Source of the DNA: a bacterium
Lineage (GTDB): Bacteria; Patescibacteriota; Minisyncoccia; Phycocordibacterales; UBA9973
Direction: 5' to 3'
Assembly (NCBI GenBank): GCA_037127795.1
Contig: JBAXXQ010000001.1
Coordinates: forward strand, 252,274-316,273
DNA length: 64,000 nucleotides
The position numbers and the translations under genes are program-made. The notes under the pieces are model-generated. The model had not been told where the DNA came from, did not search any database, and saw only the letters and a program-made list of their open reading frames with translations. Each line of letters begins with the position of its first letter. The stretch's first letter is position 1. Positions 35,428 to 46,095 of the stretch are shown one piece after another.

Positions 35428-36912
35428 TTATACTGTCTTAAAGGTAAATACTTCTAATACATCACCAGGGGCGATATCTGTTTTACATTCGACGAGCATA
35501 CCACATTCTCCTTCAGAAAGTTCTTTTACTTTTTGCTTTGCATGTTGTATTTCGATAATAGTACCTTCTGCAATAGGGAAGTCGCGACGAACAATACTTA
35601 CTCGAGCACGCTCGCTGATCTTACCTTCATCTACGCGACAACCAATAACTTGACGTTCTTTTGTTTTTGAAAATACTTTCAAAACTTTTGCAGTACCGAG
35701 TACTTCACGAACTTCTTTGCGAGGGCGACGCTTTTCGAGTTCTATTTCGAGCCATTCAGTAAGTTTGTAAATAATATTGAAACGCTCTACTGTCGCACCA
35801 ACTTTTTCATTGAGCTCTCGTGCTGCATTGTCGAGCGCTACATTGAAACCAAGAATAATAGTTTCTTTGTCTGATTGCGCAAGCTTCACATCACTTTCTG
35901 CAATAGCGCCGATTCCTTTACCAATAATCTTGATACGAACACCGTCTATTTGCATACGTTCAATTTCTTTTTGTGTTGCTTCTACAGTACCGTACACATC
36001 AGCCTTGATGATAAGAGGAATAACTTTTGCTTCATTGTCCACAATCATAGTTATTTTGTCATCACTTTTGGCAAATTCCAATTCTTCGATATATGCGAGT
36101 GCATCTTTCTTTTTATCAAATACTGCAATAGGGACACCAACACTAGGGAGACTATCAAATCCTACAAGTGCTACGGGGGTACCAGGGGTAGCTGCTTCTA
36201 TAGGCTTCCCGAGGAAGTTTTCCATGATACGAGTAGTGGTCATTGCTGTCCCTGTTACAAGGAATTGTCCTTTGTGGAGTGTACCGTTTTTGATAATAAT
36301 AGTTGCGTGAATACCGCGACGTTCATCGAGGCGACTTTCGATCACGAGTCCTTCTACAGTACCTTCTGCATCTCCTGCGATACCTTCCATATCTGCAATA
36401 AGAATAATAGTTTCTAGGAGGTCTGACACATTGGTACCTTGTTTTGCAGAAATAGCAACGAATGGGATATTTCCTCCGTATCCTTCTACAAGTACTTCTT
36501 GCTCTGCGAGAGATTGTTTGGTGCGCTCGATATTTGCATTTGGTCTATCTATCTTGTTTATTGCAACGATAAAAGGAATACCTGCTGCACGGATAGTGTG
36601 GAGTGCTTCGATAGTTTGTGCTTTTACACCGTCTTCTGCAGAAACAACAAGAATAGCAATATCACATGCTGCAGCACCACGAGTACGCATACCAGTAAAT
36701 GCGGCGTGTCCTGGTGTATCGAGGAATGTTATTGAGCGAGATTCTTTTTGGTAGGGAATAGTGATCTCGTATGCACTGAGGTGTTGTGTGATACCGCCCG
36801 CTTCTCCATCAACCACATTTGTTTTGCGGATGTAGTCTAGCAAGGTACTTTTTCCATGGTCGATGTGACCCATGATTGCTACTATTGGTGGTCGTGGAGT
36901 TGAATTTTTCAT
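35428..36912 (-). CDS. infB: Translation initiation factor IF-2 (short form lacking the N-terminal extension)
   Basis: G-domain GHIDHGKSTLLD, DTPGH, NKID; domains II-IV; 494 aa. Confidence 0.9.
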   Translation of the reverse strand: MKNSTPRPPIVAIMGHIDHGKSTLLDYIRKTNVVDGEAGGITQHLSAYEITIPYQKESRSITFLDTPGHAAFTGMRTRGAAACDIAILVVSAEDGVKAQTIEALHTIRAAGIPFIVAINKIDRPNANIERTKQSLAEQEVLVEGYGGNIPFVAISAKQGTNVSDLLETIILIADMEGIAGDAEGTVEGLVIESRLDERRGIHATIIIKNGTLHKGQFLVTGTAMTTTRIMENFLGKPIEAATPGTPVALVGFDSLPSVGVPIAVFDKKKDALAYIEELEFAKSDDKITMIVDNEAKVIPLIIKADVYGTVEATQKEIERMQIDGVRIKIIGKGIGAIAESDVKLAQSDKETIILGFNVALDNAARELNEKVGATVERFNIIYKLTEWLEIELEKRRPRKEVREVLGTAKVLKVFSKTKERQVIGCRVDEGKISERARVSIVRRDFPIAEGTIIEIQHAKQKVKELSEGECGMLVECKTDIAPGDVLEVFTFKTV

Positions 36913-37379
36913 AATGTTTTTTTGGCCTCTGCGAGAGCGAGAGATTCTTCTTTAGTTAATGCTTGTTGTGGTTTGAATTCACGTATTTGTTTTGCGTATA
37001 CACCAGTATGGTTGCGACTAGTGATCACAGAGAGTACGTAGCCATTTCCTTTTTCATCAAGGAAGCCGCTCGCAAAACTTTGTTCGCCACCATCGTTGGT
37101 AAATGCGTTGTATCTAATAAGTGAGTATCCGCGAATACTTTTTTGTACACGAGAATCGATAATATCGAGTGCTTCTTTATGCGCAGCAAGCACGTCGTCT
37201 GTCCGAGCTGTTTTTTCAGTAAGCCAGGCGAGGGTCGCTTCGAGCGATTTGCCGTCTTTGCCAATCATAAATGACCGAAGTTTCTTTTCTTGTTGTAATA
37301 CCATATATCCGACACCAATAATACCTAAAATGCACAGAATAGATGCAATAGAGATAAGTAATGATATACTGCTAGACAT
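36909..37379 (-). CDS. Hypothetical N-terminally anchored protein (DUF4446-like), translationally coupled to infB
   Basis: 4 nt overlap with infB start; single N-terminal TM helix. Confidence 0.4.
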   Translation of the reverse strand: MSSSISLLISIASILCILGIIGVGYMVLQQEKKLRSFMIGKDGKSLEATLAWLTEKTARTDDVLAAHKEALDIIDSRVQKSIRGYSLIRYNAFTNDGGEQSFASGFLDEKGNGYVLSVITSRNHTGVYAKQIREFKPQQALTKEESLALAEAKKTL

Positions 37380-37405
37380 AAGACTTCCATTATACGTTAT
37401 TTCCT

Positions 37406-38560
37406 ATGTTTTTCAAGTATTTTTCAAAAAAACGTCGTATATACCTCGATTTTGCTTCTCGGGCTGTTTTTGGCAGTTCTGTGGGTAATCCGAACGCTTT
37501 ACACCAAGAAGGGCTTCATGAAGCTGCACGGCTTGCTACTGCGCGAGAAAATATAGCAAAAATAATAAAAGTACAGCCTAGCGAAGTGGTGTTTACGAGT
37601 GGGGCAACTGAGTCAAACAATATCGCATTACAGGGGGTAGTGTATGGACTACTTGCGCGAGGGTACAAAAAAGAAGAAATAGAAATTATTACGAGCGATA
37701 TAGAGCATGCGTCTATTTCTGAAGTTGCACAAGGACTCGCTGATCGTGCTGGTATTGTGTATACACAAATTACTCATACTGATGGCTATGTGAATCCCAA
37801 AGATATTGTTCCAAGTAAAAATATTCGTGCATGTATTGTGTCTATTATTTTTGTGCAAAATGAAATTGGTAGTATCCAGCCCATAAAAGAAATTGCAAAA
37901 CGTATTCGCCATGTGCGAAAAGAATTTCCGGAAACTGTTTTTGTATTACACACTGATGCGACACAAGCTCCTTTGTATATAGACCTTTCTGTACCAAGTC
38001 TCGGTATAGATATGATGACGGTGGGCTCTGCAAAATTGCCAGTACAAAATGGGGTAGGGTTTTTGTATATAAAAAAGAATACTCCTATGGCGCCAGTGTA
38101 TTTTGGTGGGGGACAAGAATTTGGATTTCGCTCAGGAACACAACCAGTAGCTCTTATAGAACATTTTGCACATGCAGTAGTAGCGGCGCAAAAGATGCGC
38201 GCATCTTTTGCGCCGCACATCCAAAATCTCCGCGATTATTTCGAAACACGTATTCAAGAAAGTTTTCCTTTTATACAAATCTCAAGTATTGCTGGCTATC
38301 GCGCTCCACATATAAGTCATCTTTTAATCCCACATATAGATAGCGAGCTTTTGGTTATAGAGCTCGACGCACGAGGGATAGCAGTATCTTCACAAAGTGC
38401 ATGTAGTAATGATACCGAGAAGCATCTTCCAGAAAACCTCCAACCCAAAAACGTCGCAACATTACGCGTATCATTTGGCAGTACTACCAAAAAACGTGAT
38501 ATAGATAGATTAGTTAAGGCTATATCACAAGTATTGACAAAATATAATAAAAGTTTATAG
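37406..38560 (+). CDS. Cysteine desulfurase (class V aminotransferase, IscS/NifS-like)
   Basis: IYLDFAS...NPNALHQEG..., SGATESNN, PLP-lysine region GSAKLPVQNGVGFLYIKK, C-terminal catalytic Cys loop SSQSACSN. Confidence 0.75.
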   Translation: MFFKYFSKKRRIYLDFASRAVFGSSVGNPNALHQEGLHEAARLATARENIAKIIKVQPSEVVFTSGATESNNIALQGVVYGLLARGYKKEEIEIITSDIEHASISEVAQGLADRAGIVYTQITHTDGYVNPKDIVPSKNIRACIVSIIFVQNEIGSIQPIKEIAKRIRHVRKEFPETVFVLHTDATQAPLYIDLSVPSLGIDMMTVGSAKLPVQNGVGFLYIKKNTPMAPVYFGGGQEFGFRSGTQPVALIEHFAHAVVAAQKMRASFAPHIQNLRDYFETRIQESFPFIQISSIAGYRAPHISHLLIPHIDSELLVIELDARGIAVSSQSACSNDTEKHLPENLQPKNVATLRVSFGSTTKKRDIDRLVKAISQVLTKYNKSL

Positions 38561-38579
38561 TATATAAAATTAATTGTAA

Positions 38580-39056
38580 ATGAAAAAAAATCTTATATCG
38601 TATAAAGATATTGCAACTATACCTGAAGGGTATGTATATAAATCACCAAAAATAAAATCAAGATATTTATGGACGTTATTTTTTGGTTTTTTAACAGGTG
38701 ATTTAAATCCTGTACATATCAATATATTTACTTATAAAAAATACAAATCAAAACTAGGAGGACTTTCTCGTCATGGTATAAGCACTATTGCTCAGGCTGA
38801 AAGTTTTATTTTTAAAATATTTACCTTTATTGAGCCTACTGAAATAATTGCACAAGGATATAATGTTATACGATATCTAGCCCCGATACATATTGGAGAC
38901 ACGATAGAGTATTCCTATACACTTGTAAGTAAAAAAATTTCAGAAGAAAAAGAGTCTGCTAAATGTACTTGGTTGATAGTAGGAACCAATCAAATAGGTA
39001 AACAAGTATTTACCTGTGAATGGGTAGTTTTGTATTATAAAATAGAAAGGGTATAA
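38580..39056 (+). CDS. MaoC-like hotdog-fold dehydratase
   Basis: GDLNPVHIN motif and hotdog length (~158 aa). Confidence 0.5.
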   Translation: MKKNLISYKDIATIPEGYVYKSPKIKSRYLWTLFFGFLTGDLNPVHINIFTYKKYKSKLGGLSRHGISTIAQAESFIFKIFTFIEPTEIIAQGYNVIRYLAPIHIGDTIEYSYTLVSKKISEEKESAKCTWLIVGTNQIGKQVFTCEWVVLYYKIERV

Positions 39057-39064
39057 AAATAAAA

Positions 39065-39096
39065 TGCCTCCTGTATGTATACTGGAGGCATTTTTT
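39065..39096. terminator. Bidirectional rho-independent terminator
   Basis: tgcctcc...ggaggca stem flanked by AAAA and TTTTTT. Confidence 0.6.
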
Positions 39097-39304
39097 ACAC
39101 GTTAAAATAAAAATTTTCAAAAGGTTGGCGTTCTTCAAGAAGTCGCTTTTCTCTCATTCTTCGAAGCTTTTCGCATTCTGCTGTAATTTTAGGAGAATTG
39201 TAATCAACTTTTTTGAATTGGAAATTTTCTCCGTTTTTAAAAATTTCAGAAAGCGATGCTTTTTGTTTCGGAGTACACTCTATTCTGATTGGTTTGTTTT
39301 CCAT
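39095..39304 (-). CDS. Small hypothetical protein (start MENKPIRIE)
   Basis: ORF track 39095-39337, trimmed to an internal ATG. Confidence 0.3.
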   Translation of the reverse strand: MENKPIRIECTPKQKASLSEIFKNGENFQFKKVDYNSPKITAECEKLRRMREKRLLEERQPFENFYFNV

Positions 39305-39394
39305 ATTTTTTTCTTTTACTATACCAAAAATAGGCAATAAGTCTATGGTTTTATATAAGTATAAAATTGTTTTAGTTTATGCTATATTATTTTT

Positions 39395-42091
39395 ATGCCC
39401 CCATTAAGTCAATTTACTACCAAAGCAAAAGAAGCGATAAAACGAGCCCATGAGCTCGCTATTGAGCGTGGACAAAACAATGTCGGCGCATTGCATTTGC
39501 TCGCAGGGCTTTTGATACAAGAAGAATCAAACATTATTCCATTACTTGAAACTATGGATGTCGATACTATCCACCTTTCAGACACTGTTCTTGAGTCTAT
39601 GGAAGAAGTGCAAGGCTCTACTACTGTCGCACCGTCATATCAGATGTTCCTCACAAGTGATCTCGCACATACTATCGAGCAATCTCTCAAAGTTGCTGCA
39701 GAATTAAAAGATCCATTTGTTTCTACTGAACATTTGTTTATCGCATTGTGTGATACAAAAAATCAGACTACTGATATTCTCGCAAAATTTAATATTACAA
39801 AAAAAGGATGCGTCGAAGCATTGCTCCAATACCGCAGTGAACCACAAGCAAAAACTTCTGGTACAAAAATGCGCATGATAGGAAAATTTACTCGCAACCT
39901 TACCGATATGGCGCGCGAAGACAAACTCGATCCTGTGATAGGACGCGATATGGAAATAATGCGTATTATGCAGATTCTTTCTCGCCGTACCAAGAACAAT
40001 CCTATTTTGATAGGTGAAGCGGGAACTGGAAAAACTGCTGTTGTAGAAGGTCTTGCAAATCGTATTGCACGTGGAGATGTAAGTGAATCTTTGAAAGATA
40101 AACAAATTGTATCACTCGATATTGGATCACTCCTCGCAGGGACAAAGTATCGTGGAGAATTCGAAGAGCGGTTGAAACAAATTTTGAAAGAAATAGAAGC
40201 TGCACAAGGAAAGATTATTCTTTTTATTGATGAGATACATAGTATTGTAGGAGCAGGAAGTGCTGAAGGTACTGTCGATATGGCAAATATGCTCAAGCCT
40301 GCACTTGCTCGAGGTGAGCTTCGTGCAATAGGTGCGACAACACTCAAAGAATATCAAAAACATATAGAAAAAGATCCTGCGCTCGCACGACGATTCCAGC
40401 CGGTATTTGTCGAAGAACCAAGCGTAGAAGACACCGTCGCTATACTTCGTGGGTTGAAAGAAAAGTATGAGCTCTATCATAGTGTACGCATTACTGATGA
40501 TGCGATAGTCTCTGCAGTGGAGCTCTCTAGTCGCTATATAACCAACAGATTCCTCCCAGACAAGGCAGTAGACTTGCTTGATGAGGCGTGTTCTGCGCTT
40601 CGTATGGTTCTCGAAAATAAGCCGATATTACTCGATGAAGCGTATCGCAAAATAATGCGTCTCGAAATAGAGAAAGAAGCATTGAAAAAAGATCTTGATC
40701 AGGGTGGTGATATTGCACAGCATGCAAAAGCTCGCATGAAAGATATTGAGCTTGAAATTGCAAATATCACAGAAAAAAATCGTGAGCTCGAAATGAAATG
40801 GAAAGGTGAAAAAACATTGCTCGATGATATGAGTAAGTTGAAAAAAGATTTGGATCTTCTCCGTCTCGAAGCAGAAAATGCAGAGCAACGTGCAGATCTT
40901 GGTCGTGCTGCAGAGATTCGCTATGGACACATTCCACTTTTGCAAAAAGAATTTGATGCAAAATCTGTAAAGCTTAAAAAATTACAAAAAAATCGACGTG
41001 TATTGAAAGAAGAAATTACGAGTGAAGATATTGCAAGTGTGGTCGCTCGATGGACAGGAGTACCAGTAATAAAAATGCTCGAAGAAGAGCGAGAAAAATT
41101 GTTACATCTTGAAGCAGAGCTCAAAAAGCGTGTCGTAGGGCAAGATATTGCAATAGAAAAAATCTCTCATGTGGTACGTCGCAATCGCGCAGGTATTGGT
41201 GATCCAAATCGTCCTATTGGCTCATTCCTTTTCCTTGGTCCGACAGGAGTAGGGAAGACAGAGCTCACCAAAGCACTTGCAGAATATATGTTTAATGACG
41301 AAAAAGCGCTTATTCGTGTCGATATGAGTGAATACATGGAGCGCCATGCAGTATCGAAGCTTATTGGCTCACCACCAGGATATGTCGGCTATGATGAAAG
41401 TGGGCAACTCACCGAAGCGGTCCGTCATCGCCCATACTCTGTAATACTTTTTGATGAAGTAGAAAAAGCTCACCCGGAAGTATTCAATGTATTACTCCAA
41501 GTGCTCGATGATGGACATCTCACCGATAGTAAGGGACGAAAAGTGAACTTTAAAAATACGATTATTATTATGACTTCAAATATTGGGTCACAATATATTC
41601 AAAAAATGGAAACTATTGGATTCCATACCAATAGCAATGAGAGAGAATACATGCAGACCAAAGAAAAAGTCGAAGAGTCTCTCAAAGAATATTTCCGCCC
41701 AGAATTTCTCAATCGTATCGATGAGGTAGTAGTCTTTGATATGCTCGGGGTAGAGGAGATTGCATCAATAGTACGTATTCGTTTTGATCAGGTCCTTGCT
41801 CGGCTCAAAGAAAAACAAATCGCTGTCACTATCGATGAAAAAGCACTTTCATTATTGGCAAGTCTCGGGTATAATCCTATGTACGGGGCACGCCCCCTCA
41901 ATCGGCTCATTCAGACTAAAGTCTTGAATCCGATTGCAAAACAAATCATTTCTGCAGAAATTTCTGCAGGTGATACAGTCCTCGTAACTGTAAAAGATAA
42001 TGACATCATTGTCTCAAAAGTTTCAAAAAAGCGAGCGACGACTAGTTCTTTCCAAAAACAATCTCCCAAAAAGGCCAAAATTGCTAATTAA
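39395..42091 (+). CDS. clpB: ATP-dependent chaperone ClpB
   Basis: Clp N-domain repeats, two AAA+ modules (GEAGTGKTAV, GPTGVGKTEL), long coiled-coil M-domain, 898 aa. Confidence 0.9.
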   Translation: MPPLSQFTTKAKEAIKRAHELAIERGQNNVGALHLLAGLLIQEESNIIPLLETMDVDTIHLSDTVLESMEEVQGSTTVAPSYQMFLTSDLAHTIEQSLKVAAELKDPFVSTEHLFIALCDTKNQTTDILAKFNITKKGCVEALLQYRSEPQAKTSGTKMRMIGKFTRNLTDMAREDKLDPVIGRDMEIMRIMQILSRRTKNNPILIGEAGTGKTAVVEGLANRIARGDVSESLKDKQIVSLDIGSLLAGTKYRGEFEERLKQILKEIEAAQGKIILFIDEIHSIVGAGSAEGTVDMANMLKPALARGELRAIGATTLKEYQKHIEKDPALARRFQPVFVEEPSVEDTVAILRGLKEKYELYHSVRITDDAIVSAVELSSRYITNRFLPDKAVDLLDEACSALRMVLENKPILLDEAYRKIMRLEIEKEALKKDLDQGGDIAQHAKARMKDIELEIANITEKNRELEMKWKGEKTLLDDMSKLKKDLDLLRLEAENAEQRADLGRAAEIRYGHIPLLQKEFDAKSVKLKKLQKNRRVLKEEITSEDIASVVARWTGVPVIKMLEEEREKLLHLEAELKKRVVGQDIAIEKISHVVRRNRAGIGDPNRPIGSFLFLGPTGVGKTELTKALAEYMFNDEKALIRVDMSEYMERHAVSKLIGSPPGYVGYDESGQLTEAVRHRPYSVILFDEVEKAHPEVFNVLLQVLDDGHLTDSKGRKVNFKNTIIIMTSNIGSQYIQKMETIGFHTNSNEREYMQTKEKVEESLKEYFRPEFLNRIDEVVVFDMLGVEEIASIVRIRFDQVLARLKEKQIAVTIDEKALSLLASLGYNPMYGARPLNRLIQTKVLNPIAKQIISAEISAGDTVLVTVKDNDIIVSKVSKKRATTSSFQKQSPKKAKIAN

Positions 42092-42148
42092 GTATTTTTT
42101 GTGCTGGGTATTGTTTTAATATCCCCGTTATGTATAATAACGGGACCA

Positions 42149-42231
42149 GCGTCGGTGGTAGAGTGGTCAATTACAACAGACTGTAAATCTGTCGCCTTCG
42201 GGCTACGAAGGTTCAAATCCTTCCCGGCGCA
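42149..42231 (+). tRNA. tRNA-Tyr (anticodon GTA), long variable arm
   Basis: GCGTCGGTGGTAGAGTGGTCAATTACAACAGACTGTAAATCTGTCGCCTTCGGGCTACGAAGGTTCAAATCCTTCCCGGCGCA; G-U pair in acceptor stem. Confidence 0.8.
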
Positions 42232-42243
42232 CAAAATACAAAA

Positions 42244-42270
42244 ACACCAGAATACTCTGGTGTTTTTGTA
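42244..42270 (+). terminator. Rho-independent terminator after tRNA-Tyr
   Basis: acaccag-aatactc-tggtgt followed by TTTTT. Confidence 0.55.
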
Positions 42271-42346
42271 TTTTGTGCCTATTATATAAAATTAGAATTT
42301 ATATAATACTATTGACATGTTTTAAAAAAGAAATTATTATATATTT

Positions 42347-43435
42347 ATGAATATAAAAAATTTACCTGATGGATTGCAAGAAAAATTTCCATTAAGCTCA
42401 AAAAAATTTTGGAAAAAATACTTAAGTGCAAATATTTCACTTTTGGTAATTACTATAATATTAACACCTTTTATTATTTTGGTTATTTCTTCGTTAAGTA
42501 CTTATGATCAAGGTGCTTTTTATGTAGGTTTGGTCATAATAAGTCTTTTTGTATTACTATGTATAATATCTCTGTTGCGTGCATGGTATATAAAAGCATA
42601 TATACGTAGTTATTATTACAATAATGAGAAAAATTATATTACTATACGTAAAGGAGTTTTTACTTCTGCGGAAATTCACGTACCATATCACAAAATTCAA
42701 GATGTTTATGTCGATCAAGATTTTCTTGATCGAATTATGGGGCTATATGATGTACATATTGCAAGTGCAACTATTGGGTCATCTATAGAGGCTCATATTG
42801 ATGGTGTTGAAAAAAAATCAGCTGATGGTTTAAAAGATTTTTTACTATCGAAAATACAAAATAGTGGAGAAAATTCTTCAGAAAATGGTGTGGATATAAA
42901 AATACAACCTAATATTACAAATTCAAATAAAATAATATTAAATTTTGATAATAAAATATCAAGTGATGAATATCCTATTATTTCAGCATGGTGGATAGGG
43001 AGCATTCTATCTCGTATTGGAACTTTAATTATAATTGCCTTTCTTGTTATGATACGTACTTCGCAAAATGGTATAAATAGTTCAACTATTATTTTGCTAG
43101 CCAGCTTTTTTGTTATTGGATTTTTTTGGGGAATAATAAGACTATCTTTATTTGTTAGAAATTATAGCTTTGATTTTACTCCTGAATATTTATATGCTCG
43201 TTATGGAATTTTTTCAATAACAGAAATTCATATGCCGTATAATACTATTCAAGATGTAAGAATTGAGCAATCTTTCTTTGATAAAATATTTGGTGTTTAT
43301 ACTATTATGATTGAAAATGCTGTGGGTGGGGGTAGAACATTGGCCCTTATTGGACTCTCAAAAACAAGTGCGGATACAATTTTTATTACTATTAAAGATC
43401 AAGTCATGGGAAAGCATGATGTAAATAAAATTTAA
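42347..43435 (+). CDS. YdbT-like membrane protein with two bPH_2 (DUF304) domains
   Basis: Two repeats of TM-pair followed by F.S.EIH.PY..IQDV...Q.F.D.I.G.Y. Confidence 0.55.
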   Translation: MNIKNLPDGLQEKFPLSSKKFWKKYLSANISLLVITIILTPFIILVISSLSTYDQGAFYVGLVIISLFVLLCIISLLRAWYIKAYIRSYYYNNEKNYITIRKGVFTSAEIHVPYHKIQDVYVDQDFLDRIMGLYDVHIASATIGSSIEAHIDGVEKKSADGLKDFLLSKIQNSGENSSENGVDIKIQPNITNSNKIILNFDNKISSDEYPIISAWWIGSILSRIGTLIIIAFLVMIRTSQNGINSSTIILLASFFVIGFFWGIIRLSLFVRNYSFDFTPEYLYARYGIFSITEIHMPYNTIQDVRIEQSFFDKIFGVYTIMIENAVGGGRTLALIGLSKTSADTIFITIKDQVMGKHDVNKI

Positions 43436-43441
43436 TTTTTT

Positions 43442-44266
43442 ATGGAACAATATAATTCTTATAAAAAAGTAAAAAATAATAAATTTACTAATCTTATTAT
43501 ATTAAGTATTTTTATTATAATATCGGTTGTTATTTTTATTATCTATTTTTTAATAAATAATAAAGAATTTGGATTCTCATCAAATATTTCTTCGTATGCT
43601 AATTCTGCTCAAGAAAATTTAAATAAAGGAAAATATTCTGAAGCAGCAGCTGATTTTGATAAAATAATAGCTATTGCACCTAAAGATTCTAAGATACTTG
43701 CATATGCGTATAGTGCAAAAGCAGATGCCGAATTTTTAGATAATAATATGAGCTCTGCTGAGTCTGACTATAATCAGGCATTACTGATTAATCCTGAATT
43801 AAAGGATGCTTATTATTCTCTTGCTAAGATATATAGAGCAAAAAATCAAAAGAAAGCTATTTCATTTTTAGAAAAAGCTATCTCTTTAGATCCAAAAAAT
43901 ATACAAAAACCATCAAATGAATATATATTAGATACAGAAAATTTAATATATGGCGGTATGGGGGATAATCAAAAAGTCATTGAAATCAGTACTAAAATGC
44001 TTTCTTTTAATCCAAATAATGGAGATGCTTATTTTGAAAGAGGTACCGCATATAGTAATCTTCATCAATTTAAGTTGGCATTAGATGATCTTAATAAAGC
44101 AATGTCTATTAGTTCGGCATGGAATACATATCTTGTTAGAGGTAGTGTTGAAAAAAGTTTAAGCATGAAAACTCAGGCGTGTGATGATTTTAAACAAATT
44201 AAAACACCACCAATTGATCCTGGGTATGTGCTTGGATATAAAGATTTGTCTGATTATTGTAAATAG
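43442..44266 (+). CDS. Membrane-anchored tetratricopeptide-repeat protein
   Basis: N-terminal TM helix; repeated A..Y..A..Y...G.Y..A TPR pattern. Confidence 0.55.
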   Translation: MEQYNSYKKVKNNKFTNLIILSIFIIISVVIFIIYFLINNKEFGFSSNISSYANSAQENLNKGKYSEAAADFDKIIAIAPKDSKILAYAYSAKADAEFLDNNMSSAESDYNQALLINPELKDAYYSLAKIYRAKNQKKAISFLEKAISLDPKNIQKPSNEYILDTENLIYGGMGDNQKVIEISTKMLSFNPNNGDAYFERGTAYSNLHQFKLALDDLNKAMSISSAWNTYLVRGSVEKSLSMKTQACDDFKQIKTPPIDPGYVLGYKDLSDYCK

Positions 44267-44285
44267 GGTATAAAATTTTTATTTA

Positions 44286-45353
44286 TTGTATACTATATAC
44301 ACAATGACTCATCATATAAATCGGTACTTTTTGAAAGTTGCAGGTATTGGAGTACTTATACTTGTCTGTGCGTTTTTTGGGTCTCAATTATTTGATGCGC
44401 GGATAGAGTCAAAGCAAAAAGCTGATCTTATAGAAGAAACAAAAGAGCTTGCATCATTTGTTGATTGGCAAAATATTGCAAATCTTCATGCAGACGAAAC
44501 CGATCTCACAAACCCAGAATATATTCATCTCAAAAAAGTATTTGTAAATTTTCATGAAGCAGATAAAGATAGTCGCTTTGCATACTTGCTTGGTTTTCAT
44601 GAAAATACAGGAAAGCAATTTTTTTATGTTGATTCAGAAGATCCGCATTCAAAAGATTATTCTGCACCAGGATCTGTATATGAAGAAACAACACAAAAAG
44701 ATGTTACTGGTTTCAAATCTGGTACTTGGTATGTCGAAGGTCCATATAGAGATAGTTGGGGCGAATGGGTATCTGGTAATGCACCAGTAAAAAATAATGC
44801 AGGTGTAGTGGTGGCTCAAGTCGGGATAGATATTTCTACTGCGCAATGGCATAGACAAATCCTTGTTTCAAATCTTATTATCGCAATCATTACATTTTTA
44901 TGTCTTTGTATTACACTCATTCTCGCAAAAGTATTTTATAAAAAAGAGCAAAAAGTTGCAGAGCTTACCAAAGAAAAAGAAGTCTTGCTTCATGATGTAT
45001 CTGCGCTCAAGTCAGTACAACTCCTCGCATATGTCGGGCGTATCACTATTCAATTCCCAGAAAAGATTATTTCCCTTGATGAACAATTTGCGCCATTGTA
45101 CAAAGAGCAAAAAACTGACACACTATCATTCAATGATGTTCGTGCATATATACACCCAGACGATATAGAGCATTTTGAAAAAATGTTGGGAGAAATAGAA
45201 GGTGGAAGTGTCTCATATACGTGGTGCGATATACGATTTGGTAATTTGGAGAATGGCTTTCGCGAGTATCATATCTATGGTAATGTAAAAAAAGAAGAAA
45301 ATAGCGTCGTATTTTCTGGTATTATGCAAGATATTTCAGATATAAAATCCTAA
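44286..45353 (+). CDS. Membrane sensor protein: extracytoplasmic Cache-like domain flanked by two TM helices plus a cytoplasmic PAS domain, no output domain
   Basis: TM1 (VAGIGVLILV), ~170 aa periplasmic region, TM2 (LIIAIITFLCLCITLIL), C-terminal PAS-like fold (...YIHPDD...W..RF...G.....G.....D....). Confidence 0.45.
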   Translation: MYTIYTMTHHINRYFLKVAGIGVLILVCAFFGSQLFDARIESKQKADLIEETKELASFVDWQNIANLHADETDLTNPEYIHLKKVFVNFHEADKDSRFAYLLGFHENTGKQFFYVDSEDPHSKDYSAPGSVYEETTQKDVTGFKSGTWYVEGPYRDSWGEWVSGNAPVKNNAGVVVAQVGIDISTAQWHRQILVSNLIIAIITFLCLCITLILAKVFYKKEQKVAELTKEKEVLLHDVSALKSVQLLAYVGRITIQFPEKIISLDEQFAPLYKEQKTDTLSFNDVRAYIHPDDIEHFEKMLGEIEGGSVSYTWCDIRFGNLENGFREYHIYGNVKKEENSVVFSGIMQDISDIKS

Positions 45354-45354
45354 T

Positions 45355-46092
45355 ATGAAAGAAGAAAGTATTTATTTATATGGCAAACATGCGCTCCGTG
45401 AAGCGCTTATTGCTCGTCCCCAAGTTATCAAAAAAGTCTTTCTCGACGACAATGCCATGGCGGATCGTGATATCACTGATATCCTCGCAAAAAATAATAT
45501 CACCCCGGGCAAGCTCAAAGGGCAATCTGATATCGGCGTATCAAAAGACGCAGTACACCAAGGAGTAATTGCGCTTCTCAAAAATGAAAACCTCTATACA
45601 CCAATGTCTGTCGTAGATGATATTTTCAAAGAAAAGCAAAATCCACTTTTTGTACTTCTCGACGAGCTCCATGATCCACACAATGTAGGTGCTATTATTC
45701 GGTCTGCGGTAGCGTTTGGTGCAAGTGCAATATTTATACCAGAACACAATCAATCTCCAATCACTGGTACAGTAATCAAGACTTCTGTCGGTATGGCATT
45801 TCGTATTCCTATTATTCAAATTGGTAATGTGAACCAAACCATCCGTACACTCAAAGAAAAAGGTGTCTGGGTATATGGGCTCGTGATGGATGGCGACACT
45901 GTACTCAAAAATGCGCAGTTTGATACACCGACACTTGTCGTAGTAGGAAATGAAAGTGATGGCATCCGCCTCAAAACTTTGGAGCTCTGTGATATCAAGC
46001 TCTCTATACCAATGAATCCAGATTGTGAATCTCTCAATGCATCTATCGCAACATCTGTTGTTTTGTACGAATGGAGTAGGGGGAATTTGTAA
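45355..46092 (+). CDS. TrmH-family RNA 2'-O-methyltransferase (RlmB-like)
   Basis: SpoU substrate-binding N-domain plus SPOUT motifs (LLDELHDPHNVGAIIRSA, LVVGNESDGI, LSIPM...SLNAS). Confidence 0.75.
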   Translation: MKEESIYLYGKHALREALIARPQVIKKVFLDDNAMADRDITDILAKNNITPGKLKGQSDIGVSKDAVHQGVIALLKNENLYTPMSVVDDIFKEKQNPLFVLLDELHDPHNVGAIIRSAVAFGASAIFIPEHNQSPITGTVIKTSVGMAFRIPIIQIGNVNQTIRTLKEKGVWVYGLVMDGDTVLKNAQFDTPTLVVVGNESDGIRLKTLELCDIKLSIPMNPDCESLNASIATSVVLYEWSRGNL

Positions 46093-46095
46093 AAT

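Noticed and set aside
35777-36754. ORFs of 98-180 aa on the plus strand
   Set aside because: Antisense to infB, which has unmistakable G-domain motifs on the minus strand.
39704-41124. Multiple minus-strand ORFs within 39395-42091
   Set aside because: Antisense to clpB; no motifs.
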